From Patescibacteria group bacterium (GTDB lineage Bacteria > Patescibacteriota > Doudnabacteria > UBA920), in NCBI GenBank assembly GCA_023484515.1, contig JAMDAY010000001.1:758-64757 (forward strand): a stretch of 64,000 bases of DNA. Reading direction: 5' to 3'. Numbering within the stretch: the first letter of the stretch is position 1; the number at the start of each line of letters is the position of its first letter. A model generated the notes under the pieces. That model was not told the origin of the DNA, did not search any database, and worked only from the letters and a program-made list of their open reading frames with translations. Shown here piece after piece: positions 10,228-19,358 of the stretch. The position numbers were made by a program, and so were the translations under genes.

Positions 10228-10602
10228 ATGGTTAAAAGAATTATTTTTGAACCTTACTTAACCAATTCCCGCCAGCAAAGAAAGAGCCAAAATCCCTGGG
10301 AATCCAAATTATGGCAGCATTTACGGGCAAATAGATTTTATAATTTACATTTTAAGAGACAAGTTCAAATCGGATGCTATATTTTTGATTTTTCCTGCAG
10401 GAATAAAATGTTGTTAATTGAACTTGACGGTAGCCAGCATGGCGGGGAAATAATTTTAAGAAAAGACCGTGATAAGCAAAAATTTGCGGAAAAGCAAGGA
10501 TATAAAGTTTTAAGGTTCTGGAATAATGACGTTGACAAAAATACCCGAGGCGTTCTGGAAACTATTAAGGAAGCCTGTGGTATTAACACAACCTCTCCCT
10601 AA
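10228..10602 (+). CDS. DUF559 endonuclease-domain protein (Vsr-like / restriction endonuclease-like fold)
   Basis: The 124-aa product has the characteristic …CYIFDFSCRNKMLLIELDGSQHG…KDRDKQKFAEKQGYKVLRFWNNDV… pattern of DUF559 proteins. Confidence 0.75.
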   Translation: MVKRIIFEPYLTNSRQQRKSQNPWESKLWQHLRANRFYNLHFKRQVQIGCYIFDFSCRNKMLLIELDGSQHGGEIILRKDRDKQKFAEKQGYKVLRFWNNDVDKNTRGVLETIKEACGINTTSP

Positions 10603-10661
10603 CCCTCCCCTCAAAAGGGGAGGGGAGCTCCGCAGCCAGCCTTGGAACAGTGGCGGCAGCC

Positions 10662-10715
10662 TTCTCCCCCTATGAGGGGAGATGTCGCGCCTGGCGCGAC
10701 AGAGAGGTTGCAGCT
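10662..10715 (+). repeat. 54-bp direct repeat, right copy flanking the DUF559 gene
   Basis: Same sequence as 10174-10227 with two substitutions. Confidence 0.85.
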
Positions 10716-10748
10716 TAAGGAGAGAAAAGCGTTTAATTTTTATTTTCA

Positions 10749-13022
10749 ATGCCAAAAAAATCCCAAAAAATTAATATGCGCCAAACGCGGTGTTATGGGA
10801 AGAGTGAATCAGTTGTATCCACTGCGGACCAGAACATTAGCCGGCCAAACAGCGGCCAAACCCGCCCCATTTGCGCGCGTTTGAGTTTGTCGGAATTATT
10901 GCGAGAGGGTCGCCATGATTTGGGATTGGCGCGGCAACAAATACCGTTAAACCTCATTTTAAAAAAATTTGCCGCTGTGTCACTGGCCTGCGGCTTAATT
11001 GGCTCCTTTTTGCCCGCGGCTTTCCAGCCGACTGTTGCTTTTTACGACGACATAGAAACGTCTTCCGGCAACGCCATTGTCGCCGGCAGCCTGGATTTTT
11101 CTTTGGATTCGCCGGGCTTTGCGTTGTCGGAAATCTCCTTGGAGGCTGCGGCAACGTCAACTGTCTCCATTTTGGACCATAGCAGCCTGCCTTTCCAATA
11201 CAATGTCAGAAGCGAAGTAACCGGCGGCGACAGCGACTTTTGCAACGCGCTTATTTTGTCCGCCAGCTTAAACAACGCGCCGCAAGGCCAGGAACCTCTC
11301 TCGTCTTACGTTTCCCCGGACAACATCTTTTCCACCACCACTCCCACCTGGCAAATCCAGGCCGGTTTTGCCGCCGGAACGCCGGACTTTTTGCAGGACA
11401 AGCAATGCGGCTTTAAAATAATCTATACCGGCTGGCAGGATAATCTTGCTACCAGCACCGAAGGCTTTAGCGACATAGAAGAAACATCTTTTAACTTAAT
11501 CTACCGCACGCCTTTAAAGGTTAAGATTAACAAAGTTTACGCCAATCCCGATGTTGCCCACGGGATTAATACGGATAACGAATGGATAGAGCTTTATAAT
11601 ACAGACTCCGCGCCCGTAAATATTTCCAATTGGACCATAAGCGACAACAGTTCTACCGACACTCTGGCTTCCACCAGCCCGCTAATTATTCCGGCAGGCG
11701 GCTATGCCATTATAACCGACAAACCAAGTACCTGGGATTATTGGGAAATTCCCGGCAACGTGTTAAAGATTGCGCTTAACAGCCCTATTGGGAATGGATT
11801 GAACGATGGCGGCGATCTCCTGATATTGAAAGACAGCGACGGCAAGATTATGGATTGGATGAATTGGGGCGCCGGGACAACCAAGTATGGCGTAACTTTC
11901 TGGAACCCGGGCGTAACCGCTCCGGCAAAGGGTGATTTTCTCGCCCGAGTACCAAGCGGCACAGACACAGATTCGCCAGCTGACTGGCAGGGCTTAAAAG
12001 CGCCTTTTGCAACTTTGGACTATCCGGTTGGCGGGGAAGTGTGGTATGCCGGGCATACCGAAACTTTGCGCTGGACCGCGCATAATCCCAACGGCAGCGA
12101 CGACGAGTTAAAAATAGATTTATATTATTCCCGCGACAGCGGCGCGACTTGGGCAATCATTGTTACCGGCACGCCCAATACCGGAAGCTATGACTGGCGC
12201 ATCCCACTGTTTTTGGAAGACGGCAGCTACTACGTGCCTTCGCATATCTCCCGCATAAAAGTGGTGGCCACGGGCCCGGAAAACTTTATGGTGCAGTCCG
12301 AAGACAGCAGCGAAGATTTCTGCCCGCCCATAGACTATAATATGTTGACCCCGCAGGAGCAGGAACTGGTGGATTGGCTGCTGCAAACGGGCACAATCCC
12401 GGCGAGTGAAGTTATTTACGGCGGCATGCCCCAGGGATTTTCCGGCAGCAGTCTTGTTGATGCTGATCCGGCGAATGAAAATGTATTGAAGGAAGAACAA
12501 TCTACGCTGGAAAATATTGGTAATAATGAATTGCCGGCAACGGATATATTGGAAACGTCTAATGCGACGGAGCAGGCAGGCGAACCGCAGCCAGCGGAAG
12601 ATCTTGGCGAGGGCGAAGATGAATTATTGGCGCCAGACGGAAATGTTCAGCCAGCCGCAGATTTTCAAACTGGCCCTGCCAAAGATATAACTATGGAATC
12701 CCCAGAATCCCAAGAGCAGCCGGAACAGGCTACGGCAAAATCCGAAGCCATCCCGATTCCAGACCAGCCTGGCGCTGAAGACCAAAATATTCCTAACGGG
12801 CCGTCCGGCAATCCTGACGCTGTTTTGCCAAATCCCGAACAAGATCCGGCGCCGGAAATTCCTGTTTTAGAGCCGCAAACGGCCGCCCCAGAACCGGAAG
12901 CCGGCGCACCGAAAGAAAGTTCTCCTGCGGAAACCGTAACCCCTCCGGCTCCTTTGCCGGAAAGCCTGCCCCCGGAACCCGCTCCCGCAGCCGATCCCGT
13001 TGCCGCGGCAGAGGGGGAATAA
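10749..13022 (+). CDS. Large secreted TasA-like protein with a lamin-tail domain (LTD) and a Pro/Glu-rich acidic C-terminal tail; start codon uncertain
   Basis: After a hydrophobic segment (FAAVSLACGLIGSFLPAAFQ) comes the SipW-cognate-like block PTVAFYDDIETSSGNAIVAGSLDFSLD. The lamin-tail domain reads KINKVYANPDVAHGINTDNEWIELYNTDSAPVNISNWTISDN…IIPAGGYAIIT. The last ~200 aa are low-complexity and E/P/A-rich. The true start is probably downstream of 10749 (no ATG directly precedes the signal peptide). Confidence 0.65.
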   Translation: MPKKSQKINMRQTRCYGKSESVVSTADQNISRPNSGQTRPICARLSLSELLREGRHDLGLARQQIPLNLILKKFAAVSLACGLIGSFLPAAFQPTVAFYDDIETSSGNAIVAGSLDFSLDSPGFALSEISLEAAATSTVSILDHSSLPFQYNVRSEVTGGDSDFCNALILSASLNNAPQGQEPLSSYVSPDNIFSTTTPTWQIQAGFAAGTPDFLQDKQCGFKIIYTGWQDNLATSTEGFSDIEETSFNLIYRTPLKVKINKVYANPDVAHGINTDNEWIELYNTDSAPVNISNWTISDNSSTDTLASTSPLIIPAGGYAIITDKPSTWDYWEIPGNVLKIALNSPIGNGLNDGGDLLILKDSDGKIMDWMNWGAGTTKYGVTFWNPGVTAPAKGDFLARVPSGTDTDSPADWQGLKAPFATLDYPVGGEVWYAGHTETLRWTAHNPNGSDDELKIDLYYSRDSGATWAIIVTGTPNTGSYDWRIPLFLEDGSYYVPSHISRIKVVATGPENFMVQSEDSSEDFCPPIDYNMLTPQEQELVDWLLQTGTIPASEVIYGGMPQGFSGSSLVDADPANENVLKEEQSTLENIGNNELPATDILETSNATEQAGEPQPAEDLGEGEDELLAPDGNVQPAADFQTGPAKDITMESPESQEQPEQATAKSEAIPIPDQPGAEDQNIPNGPSGNPDAVLPNPEQDPAPEIPVLEPQTAAPEPEAGAPKESSPAETVTPPAPLPESLPPEPAPAADPVAAAEGE

Positions 13023-13073
13023 TAGGATTTGCCCTATTTTTTAACAATCTAAAATCTTTATTTCTTCAAGATT

Positions 13074-14405
13074 GTGGCTATAAAAAAAATCTTGCAAAAA
13101 ATATTTTGGTTTTCCCCGGCAATGTTGACACTGGCTTTATGGCCGTCTTTGGTAATGGCAATCTCCCCCGGCTTGACTGTGGAATTTCAAAATTCCCCTT
13201 TACCGTTATTTTCCCAAACCAACTTTATGCCCGGGGAAAGCGCAGTGGCCTGGTTTAAGGTGGTCAACAATACTGCGCAAGGCCAGGACATTGCCGTGGA
13301 GGCAGTGGATTATCCGGGTTACGCCTTTGGCCAGCCCCGGCCGCACGACATAGCGGCCAACGACTTGTCCCGCGCCTTGTTCGTGGTTATTAGCGAACAA
13401 AACGGCGCGGATTTATACGGCGGCGCTGCCGGACAAAAAACCTTGTACGACTTTTACCAGGCCGGAGAAGTTGTTATTGCCAATCTGGACGGAGGCAGCA
13501 GCCAAACCTACGAAATAGAAATAAGCTTTCCCCTGGAAAAAAATAACGGCTGGCAAGAAAAAACCACTAGTTTTAAATTGGCAGCCGGCTTTGCAGGCAC
13601 AGAGGATCAAATAGATTCCGGCGGCGGCACGGTATCTACCTTTAGCGGCGGCGGGATAATCCAGGCGTGCTCAATTACCGAATCTGCCATTCAAGTTAGC
13701 AATGTAGGTACGGGCAGCGCCACAGTTTCCTGGACCACTTCCCAGGCAACCGATGGCAGCGTTATATATGCCGCAGCCAGCGAGAATTATAATTTTGACT
13801 TATCATTGCCTCCAAAATACGGATATGCCTATTCCATTTCGGAAAATTTGCAAACCGCAAGCCATTCGCTTGTTTTAAGCGGTTTGCTGCCCGGCACGGC
13901 CTATTATTTTCGGGTTTCTTCCTGCGCCGGCCAGGCGTTAAGTTTGGAGCATGAATTCGCGACGGGCGCCGTGGCAGGGGACAGTGCGGCCAATATTTTG
14001 GAAAAAGATTATTTGCCCCCACTTGAAACAAATAGTTCCAGCCGGCCTCCCAAAACATCCGGCGGCCAGGGGGAAGTTTTAGGCGAAAGTACCGCCACAC
14101 CGGCAAATTTAACCGCGCTTTTGGGCGAGAGTGCCGGAATTTGCAAGCCTGCAAATTGGCGGCAATTGGGATACGCAGCGTTGGCGGTATTATTAGTTTT
14201 AGGGTTCTTAATATTCAGGCGTAAAAATTCGTTTTACCAAACGCTGTTTGCGGCGGGGTTATTTCTGGCCGCAATTATTTGGTGGTGGTTCCAGCCGTGC
14301 GCGAGCCGCAGCTGGCACATTCCCGCAATATCTTTCTTGATAATTCTGCTGGTTTGGCCGTTTTTTATTGCGACTAAGGAAATCCCCAAAACCGGCAACC
14401 AATAA
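13074..14405 (+). CDS. Secreted protein with an FN3 domain and C-terminal TM helices (GTG start at 13074, or ATG at 13122)
   Basis: Signal peptide MLTLALWPSLVMA. FN3-like block (VSNVGTGSATVSWTTSQATDGSV…YYFRVSSCAG). Two hydrophobic C-terminal helices. Confidence 0.6.
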   Translation: MAIKKILQKIFWFSPAMLTLALWPSLVMAISPGLTVEFQNSPLPLFSQTNFMPGESAVAWFKVVNNTAQGQDIAVEAVDYPGYAFGQPRPHDIAANDLSRALFVVISEQNGADLYGGAAGQKTLYDFYQAGEVVIANLDGGSSQTYEIEISFPLEKNNGWQEKTTSFKLAAGFAGTEDQIDSGGGTVSTFSGGGIIQACSITESAIQVSNVGTGSATVSWTTSQATDGSVIYAAASENYNFDLSLPPKYGYAYSISENLQTASHSLVLSGLLPGTAYYFRVSSCAGQALSLEHEFATGAVAGDSAANILEKDYLPPLETNSSSRPPKTSGGQGEVLGESTATPANLTALLGESAGICKPANWRQLGYAALAVLLVLGFLIFRRKNSFYQTLFAAGLFLAAIIWWWFQPCASRSWHIPAISFLIILLVWPFFIATKEIPKTGNQ

Positions 14406-14489
14406 AGTTCCCTTGTTTAAAATTGCCTGGGATTTTTTCGCATTGGCAGAAATTCCCGGCTATGGCTAAGGAAAAATATGCTATAATTA

Positions 14490-15839
14490 TTGCAGTTTAA
14501 AACTATGTCCGTAAAGACTAAAAAAGCCGCTTTCTCTTTTTTAATTATTGCCAACCTGGCCATAATTATCTTTTTTTGGGGATGTTACTCAGGTCCGTGG
14601 TTTAGTATGGGCCGGGGAGACCCTTATATAGCCTTAGGCCGGTTGGCGGGGCTGCTGGCGGTATTTCTTGTCTTGCTGCAACTGTTGTTTATGAGCCGCG
14701 TGCGCTTTATGGAATCGGCTTTCGGTTTGGACAAGCTTTCCCTGCTGCATCATTATAACGGAGAAATTTTTACGATTTTTGTGATTGCTCATCCCGTATT
14801 TTTAACCGTTGGTTACGCCTTAAACGACAGGCTTACATTTTTTAGCCAGCTTTGGGATCTTGTCTTGCATTACGAAGACGTTTCCAGTGCGGCCATAGGG
14901 TTGGTTTTGCTCGTTTTTATTGCCGCATATTCAGTCATTTTTGTTTTCCGCCATTGGAATTATGAATGGTGGTATCGCACGCATTTACTGGCCTACCTTG
15001 CCGTATTATTGGCTTTTGGCCATCAGACCGGCCTGGGCGGGGATTTTGTCGGGCATCCGTTTTTTTCCGGATATTGGATATTACTCTACGCCGCGGTTTT
15101 TGCCGGTTTGTTGCTTTATAGGTTTATGCGCCCTGTTTGGTATTTTTACAAGTATGGTTTTTATGTCAAAGAGGTCAAGCCGGAAAGCGAAAATGTGACT
15201 TCCGTTTATATAGGCGGCAAGAATTTGGACAAGTTTAAGGTTTTAGCCGGGCAGTTTATGATCTTCAGGTTTTTGGGCAAGGGGTGGTGGCAGCAGGCGC
15301 ATCCTTTTTCCCTGTCTATGTATCCCGGCCAAGACTTGCTGCGGATATCCGTCAAAAATGTCGGGGATTATACTTCCCATATTAAAAATTTAAAGCCCGG
15401 GACCAAAGTGTTGATAGACGGGCCTTATGGGATTTTTACGCGCAAGGTTTTGTCGGGGGAGAAAATTTTGTTTATTGCAGGCGGCATTGGCATTACGCCC
15501 ATCCGTTCCTTAATTGAGCAGTTCGGCAAGGAAGGCAAAAATATGGTTTTGTTGTATGCCAACCGGACCGAGCAAGACATTACTTTTAAACGAGAGCTGC
15601 GTGATTTGACCCAACAATACCGGCTGGCAGTTAACCATATACTAAGCCGCCAGCAGGACTGGGCAGGGGAGAAAGGAAGGATTGACGAAGAAAAGATAAA
15701 AAAACTGGCGCCGGATTTTTTGCAGCGGGAAGTTTATTTGTGCGGACCGTTGCCAATGACCAAAGATGTAGTAAAAATATTAATTGATCTTGGCATGAAC
15801 CGTTCAAAGATTCATTTTGAAAATTTTTCTCTGCAATAA
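14490..15839 (+). CDS. Ferric reductase/NOX-family flavocytochrome (6-TM ferric-reductase domain plus FAD/NAD(P)H-binding domain)
   Basis: His-containing TM helices, the FAD-binding motif HPFSLS, NAD-binding GGIGITP, and CGP near the C-terminus. Confidence 0.8.
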   Translation: MQFKTMSVKTKKAAFSFLIIANLAIIIFFWGCYSGPWFSMGRGDPYIALGRLAGLLAVFLVLLQLLFMSRVRFMESAFGLDKLSLLHHYNGEIFTIFVIAHPVFLTVGYALNDRLTFFSQLWDLVLHYEDVSSAAIGLVLLVFIAAYSVIFVFRHWNYEWWYRTHLLAYLAVLLAFGHQTGLGGDFVGHPFFSGYWILLYAAVFAGLLLYRFMRPVWYFYKYGFYVKEVKPESENVTSVYIGGKNLDKFKVLAGQFMIFRFLGKGWWQQAHPFSLSMYPGQDLLRISVKNVGDYTSHIKNLKPGTKVLIDGPYGIFTRKVLSGEKILFIAGGIGITPIRSLIEQFGKEGKNMVLLYANRTEQDITFKRELRDLTQQYRLAVNHILSRQQDWAGEKGRIDEEKIKKLAPDFLQREVYLCGPLPMTKDVVKILIDLGMNRSKIHFENFSLQ

Positions 15840-15862
15840 AATTACAATTAATCATCAAAAAT

Positions 15863-16261
15863 ATGAATGGATACACCATAAACGTGGAAGAAGCCTCTAT
15901 AAAGAATAATTATTTCCGCAAAGTGCTTTATACGGCCAAAAACAGCCAGTTGGTGCTAATGAGTCTTAAGCCGGGGGAAGACATTGGCGAAGAAGTGCAC
16001 GGCTTGGACCAATTTTTGCGCGTGGAGGCCGGGTCAGGAAAGGCAGTGTTAAACGGTCAAGAAACCGAAATAGGGGACGGTTGGGCAGTGGTGGTGCCGG
16101 CCGGCACGCGCCACAACATAATTAACACTTCCGAAACCGAACCCATGAAATTATATACGCTGTATTCCCCGCCCAACCATCGCGACGGCGTAGTGCACGA
16201 AACCAAAGAGCAGGCTGAAAAAGACGAAGAAGAGCACTTCGACGGCAATACGACCGAATAG
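15863..16261 (+). CDS. Cupin-domain protein
   Basis: A single cupin fold (GEEVHGLDQFLRVEAGSG…VVVPAGTRHNIIN). Confidence 0.7.
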   Translation: MNGYTINVEEASIKNNYFRKVLYTAKNSQLVLMSLKPGEDIGEEVHGLDQFLRVEAGSGKAVLNGQETEIGDGWAVVVPAGTRHNIINTSETEPMKLYTLYSPPNHRDGVVHETKEQAEKDEEEHFDGNTTE

Positions 16262-16274
16262 GCATTATTGGACA

Positions 16275-16314
16275 AAACGAACGCCTCAACACGTGTTGAG
16301 GCGTTCGTTTTGGG
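16275..16314 (+). terminator. Rho-independent terminator (perfect 18-bp palindrome aaacgaacgcctcaacac/gtgttgaggcgttcgttt)
   Basis: A perfect inverted repeat followed by a T-rich stretch, immediately after the cupin gene stop. Confidence 0.7.
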
Positions 16315-16416
16315 GCGGCTATTATCGGGGACTGGGCAATGAATTTTTTTTGAGGGAATACCTATTTTGACGTTTAGGTTAAATTGTGAGAAAATTAAAG
16401 TGTAATAATATTTGGA

Positions 16417-16926
16417 ATGATGAATTTAAAAGATAAAAATTTTGCATTTATTGACAGTCAGAACCTGAACCTAGCCATTAAGACGCAAGGTTGGAATTTG
16501 GATTTTAAAAGATTCAGAATTTATCTAAAGGAAAAGTACGGCGTATCTGAAGCTTATTTGTTTATAGGATTTATGGCTGGCAACCAGCAACTTTATACAA
16601 ATTTGCAGCAAGCCGGATATATTGTAATTTTTAAACCAACTTTGGAAATCAAAAAAGGAAATGAGGTTGTTGTGAAAGGTAACGTGGATGCGGAATTAGT
16701 TTTGCATGCCATGATTCAATATAACAATTACGATAAAGCGGTTATTGTTACTGGGGACGGGGATTTTTATTGTTTGGTGGATTATTTAAACAAACAGAAT
16801 AAATTGTTGAGATTGCTGGTCCCGAATGCCCAAAAGTATTCAAAGCTATTGAAATCTTTTGCTCCTAACAAGTTGGATTTTATGAATAATTTACGGAATA
16901 AACTGGAATATAAAAAACCGGCTTAA
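16417..16926 (+). CDS. NYN-domain (LabA/PIN-like) predicted RNase
   Basis: FIDSQNLNLA… and VIVTGDGDFYCLV acidic motifs are typical of the NYN/DUF88 domain. Confidence 0.7.
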   Translation: MMNLKDKNFAFIDSQNLNLAIKTQGWNLDFKRFRIYLKEKYGVSEAYLFIGFMAGNQQLYTNLQQAGYIVIFKPTLEIKKGNEVVVKGNVDAELVLHAMIQYNNYDKAVIVTGDGDFYCLVDYLNKQNKLLRLLVPNAQKYSKLLKSFAPNKLDFMNNLRNKLEYKKPA

Positions 16927-17442
16927 ATGCCGGAAAATTATAAAGGGAGCCAATTACATAAGGACGAAACCTTATAAACCTGCTCCCATCGTGATGAATA
17001 TATTATAGGACGGTTTGTAGGGTGTGTCAATACGTTTACTTTATACAAAAAACAAGGCTTTAGGCCTTGCTTTTTTGGTCTGGAAATTTGACTGTAGTAT
17101 AGGCGGGGGGTTGCGGGTTGCCTATTACCCCTATGGTTGAGCCAGAGACGGCGGTTACGGTAACAGACCATCCCATTCTATAAGACCCTTCGTCGGGGAG
17201 GTCATCAACTGTCTTTGTATGAATTTTGTTATTCAAATTTAAATCGGAAAAAGCTACTTCAAAAGGGTATGGTCGTATTGGCGGGTAGATAAATATTTTT
17301 GGTTAAAGATTTTTTGTAAATGGTAAGGAAGCTGGTGTTCCTATTAAAACCATAATAAATAAAAGATTCGCCAGTTCAGGGAATGCCAATAATATTACTT
17401 TAAATTTTAAGCGTCGTGTAATTTTTGCCACAAATTGAACTT

Positions 17443-17518
17443 TGGGGCGGCTATCGGGAGTCGGACCCGAGTTCTCGCTGCCACAGAGCGATGTAATAAC
17501 CGTTATACCATAGCCGCC
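17443..17518 (-). tRNA. tRNA-His (anticodon GUG), with genome-encoded G-1 and CCA
   Basis: The minus-strand sequence GGCGGCUAUGGUAUAACGGUUAUUACAUCGCUCUGUGGCAGCGAGAACUCGGGUCCGACUCCCGAUAGCCGCCCCA folds as a cloverleaf. It has an 8-bp acceptor stem (G-1:C73) and anticodon loop CUGUGGC. The T-loop UCCGACU has C at position 55, which is atypical. Confidence 0.8.
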
Positions 17519-17935
17519 ATATTTGCTAACAATCCAACTTCGCTAAAGCTACGTCGGACAAAAGAAAAACTCTTGCACAGATTTCGTGAAGAGCTTGGGA
17601 TAATGTTAGCTGTGCCTAACATTTGTCTGTTGCCTGTCCGCCGAAGTTTTAACGTAGGCGGATGCCAAGTAAAGATAATATATCATTTTAAGGGGTTTTG
17701 GTCAAATTCATAGCAAGGCAAAATTAAAATAGCTCCATCAAAGGGTTGGTTAGTAGGCAATTATAGATACTTCTTCATTAAAAAGTAAATGAGTAATCCA
17801 ATTAATATTATGGCGAACACTATTCCTCTTGCCAGAAAAAAGTTTCGTATTTTCATAAGAGAATGGACATCTTTATGCCATAATTATAGCATAAAATTAT
17901 CGGTTAGGTGATTGAGGGGTCAAATATATTTTGAT

Positions 17936-18139
17936 TTATTTTTTATATTCCAAAATATCTCCAGGCTGGCACTGAAGCGCTTTGCAAATCGCCTCCAAGG
18001 TGGAGAGGCGGATGGCTCTTGCTTTGCCGTTTTTTAAGATGGAAATGTTGGCCATAGTAATGCCGACCTTTTCGGCGAGCTCCGTAACGCTCATTTTCCG
18101 CTTGGCCAACAAAACGTCGATGTTGATTACAATAGCCAT
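17936..18139 (-). CDS. XRE-family HTH transcriptional regulator (Cro/C1-type, 67 aa)
   Basis: HTH block MSVTELAEKVGITMANISILKNGK. Last gene of a three-gene minus-strand operon after two membrane proteins. Confidence 0.8.
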   Translation of the reverse strand: MAIVINIDVLLAKRKMSVTELAEKVGITMANISILKNGKARAIRLSTLEAICKALQCQPGDILEYKK

Positions 18140-18140
18140 A

Positions 18141-18605
18141 TTATACGGTTAAATCATTTTCCTTCTTTATCTCTAAGGCATCCCCAAGAAGCCTTTGCAG
18201 CACAGCGGCAAAAACCGCTACAACAAAAGACGCAAAAATAATCACCAGACCTATTGCCACCACTCCTGGCGCATCGTCATCTTGCGCTACGGAAAAGATA
18301 TACGGCATACCGGCAGCGTAAAGTGCGCTGATAACAAAGGCGCAGTATTTTATAATTTTTAGTACATCAATAGACAAGTGGGAAAAAGCCTTGTTTTGGT
18401 CAATCAGATTCAGGAGTTTGTAAGCCTGGTATAGCCCAAAGTAAAAGGGTATTGCCGGTATATACATACCAAGCAAAATATAGCGATACCGGCCAGCGTT
18501 CTCTGCCATAATCCCGGCAGGTAATGCAAAGACGCACAAAGCGAGCACTGCCAGTCCGATAGTGAAGACTGCGAACTTTAAGAATAAGGTTGAGCTTTTT
18601 TTCAT
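18141..18605 (-). CDS. Multi-pass membrane protein (DUF2975-like), paralog 1
   Basis: Four predicted TM helices. It pairs with the small XRE regulator in the arrangement typical of DUF2975/HTH pairs in Firmicutes. Confidence 0.6.
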   Translation of the reverse strand: MKKSSTLFLKFAVFTIGLAVLALCVFALPAGIMAENAGRYRYILLGMYIPAIPFYFGLYQAYKLLNLIDQNKAFSHLSIDVLKIIKYCAFVISALYAAGMPYIFSVAQDDDAPGVVAIGLVIIFASFVVAVFAAVLQRLLGDALEIKKENDLTV

Positions 18606-18623
18606 AGCTAAAGTTTAAGGCGG

Positions 18624-19097
18624 TTAATTCGTTTTAAATTTTATATTTACGGTATTTTGTAAAGTTCGTTCAAACACGGCCGCTACTGCGGCGATTATAG
18701 CAGAGCCAAAAATCATAAAAAGTCCCAAAGCGGCTCCGCCCGCAATATCGTCTTTGCCCCGTATAGCTATAAACAGGTAACCTTCTGCCCCTAGAATTAA
18801 AACGACCAGGGTTAGTGCGCAGTATTTTATGGTCCGTAGAGCTTTTATGGCAGTTGGTGAGTATGTCTTATTTTGCCTAACATATTCCAATACCTTGAAT
18901 GTTTGGTAGAGTGCTATAAAAAACGCTAATGAAGATACATACGCATACGCCAAAAAAGGGTCTTTGAAGTAAATTTCAAAAAACGTGGAGTGCGCATTTC
19001 TACCTTCAAGGTGCGGTTCCCAAAGCATTGCGGTTAGAACGACGATACCCAAGGCCACAATCACTATCTGGAGAAAAATTGTTAGATTTAGTTTCAT
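18624..19097 (-). CDS. Multi-pass membrane protein (DUF2975-like), paralog 2
   Basis: Same topology and shared motifs with 18141-18605 (…ALYQTFKVLEYVRQNKTYS… vs …GLYQAYKLLNLIDQNKAFS…). Confidence 0.6.
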   Translation of the reverse strand: MKLNLTIFLQIVIVALGIVVLTAMLWEPHLEGRNAHSTFFEIYFKDPFLAYAYVSSLAFFIALYQTFKVLEYVRQNKTYSPTAIKALRTIKYCALTLVVLILGAEGYLFIAIRGKDDIAGGAALGLFMIFGSAIIAAVAAVFERTLQNTVNIKFKTN

Positions 19098-19250
19098 AAG
19101 TGATTTTATAGATTGTTTATATATTTATCTTAAATGAGTATTTATCGTTTGTCAATATATGTTTATCGTTATTCGTATATATTACAATAAAAACTGCCTT
19201 TTAAGCAGTTTGCAACAGTTGGAGGTACTTATTACACTCCAATGATTTGA

Positions 19251-19302
19251 TTTTCTTCCAGAGTTGTACCGAAACTTGGGGTAAGTGATTGGTTGAGAGG
19301 AG
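19251..19302 (+). repeat. Dispersed ~52-bp repeat R, copy 1 (other copies at 24611-24662 and 27306-27357)
   Basis: gatttNcttccagagNtNg…tttctttaGGtAAGtGATTGgtTaaatGG is conserved in all three copies. Copy 1 directly abuts the truncated tRNA-His copy. Confidence 0.75.
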
Positions 19303-19358
19303 TCGGATCCGAGTTCTCGCTGCCACAGAGCGATGTAATAACCGTTATATCATAGCCG
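19303..19358 (-). pseudogene. Truncated tRNA-His copy (G-1 to T-loop; no 3' acceptor strand) plus about 80 bp of duplicated tRNA upstream region
   Basis: The minus strand matches tRNA-His positions -1 to about 60 with two substitutions, then diverges into repeat R. The upstream flank (19359-19440) is also similar to the flank of the intact tRNA (17519-17600). Confidence 0.7.

Noticed and set aside
10642-10884. ORF 10642-10884 and the first ~45 codons of ORF 10749
   Set aside because: They overlap the right direct repeat and have no signal peptide. The real product probably starts near the hydrophobic segment around 10940, but no ATG precedes it, so the start is left uncertain rather than called.
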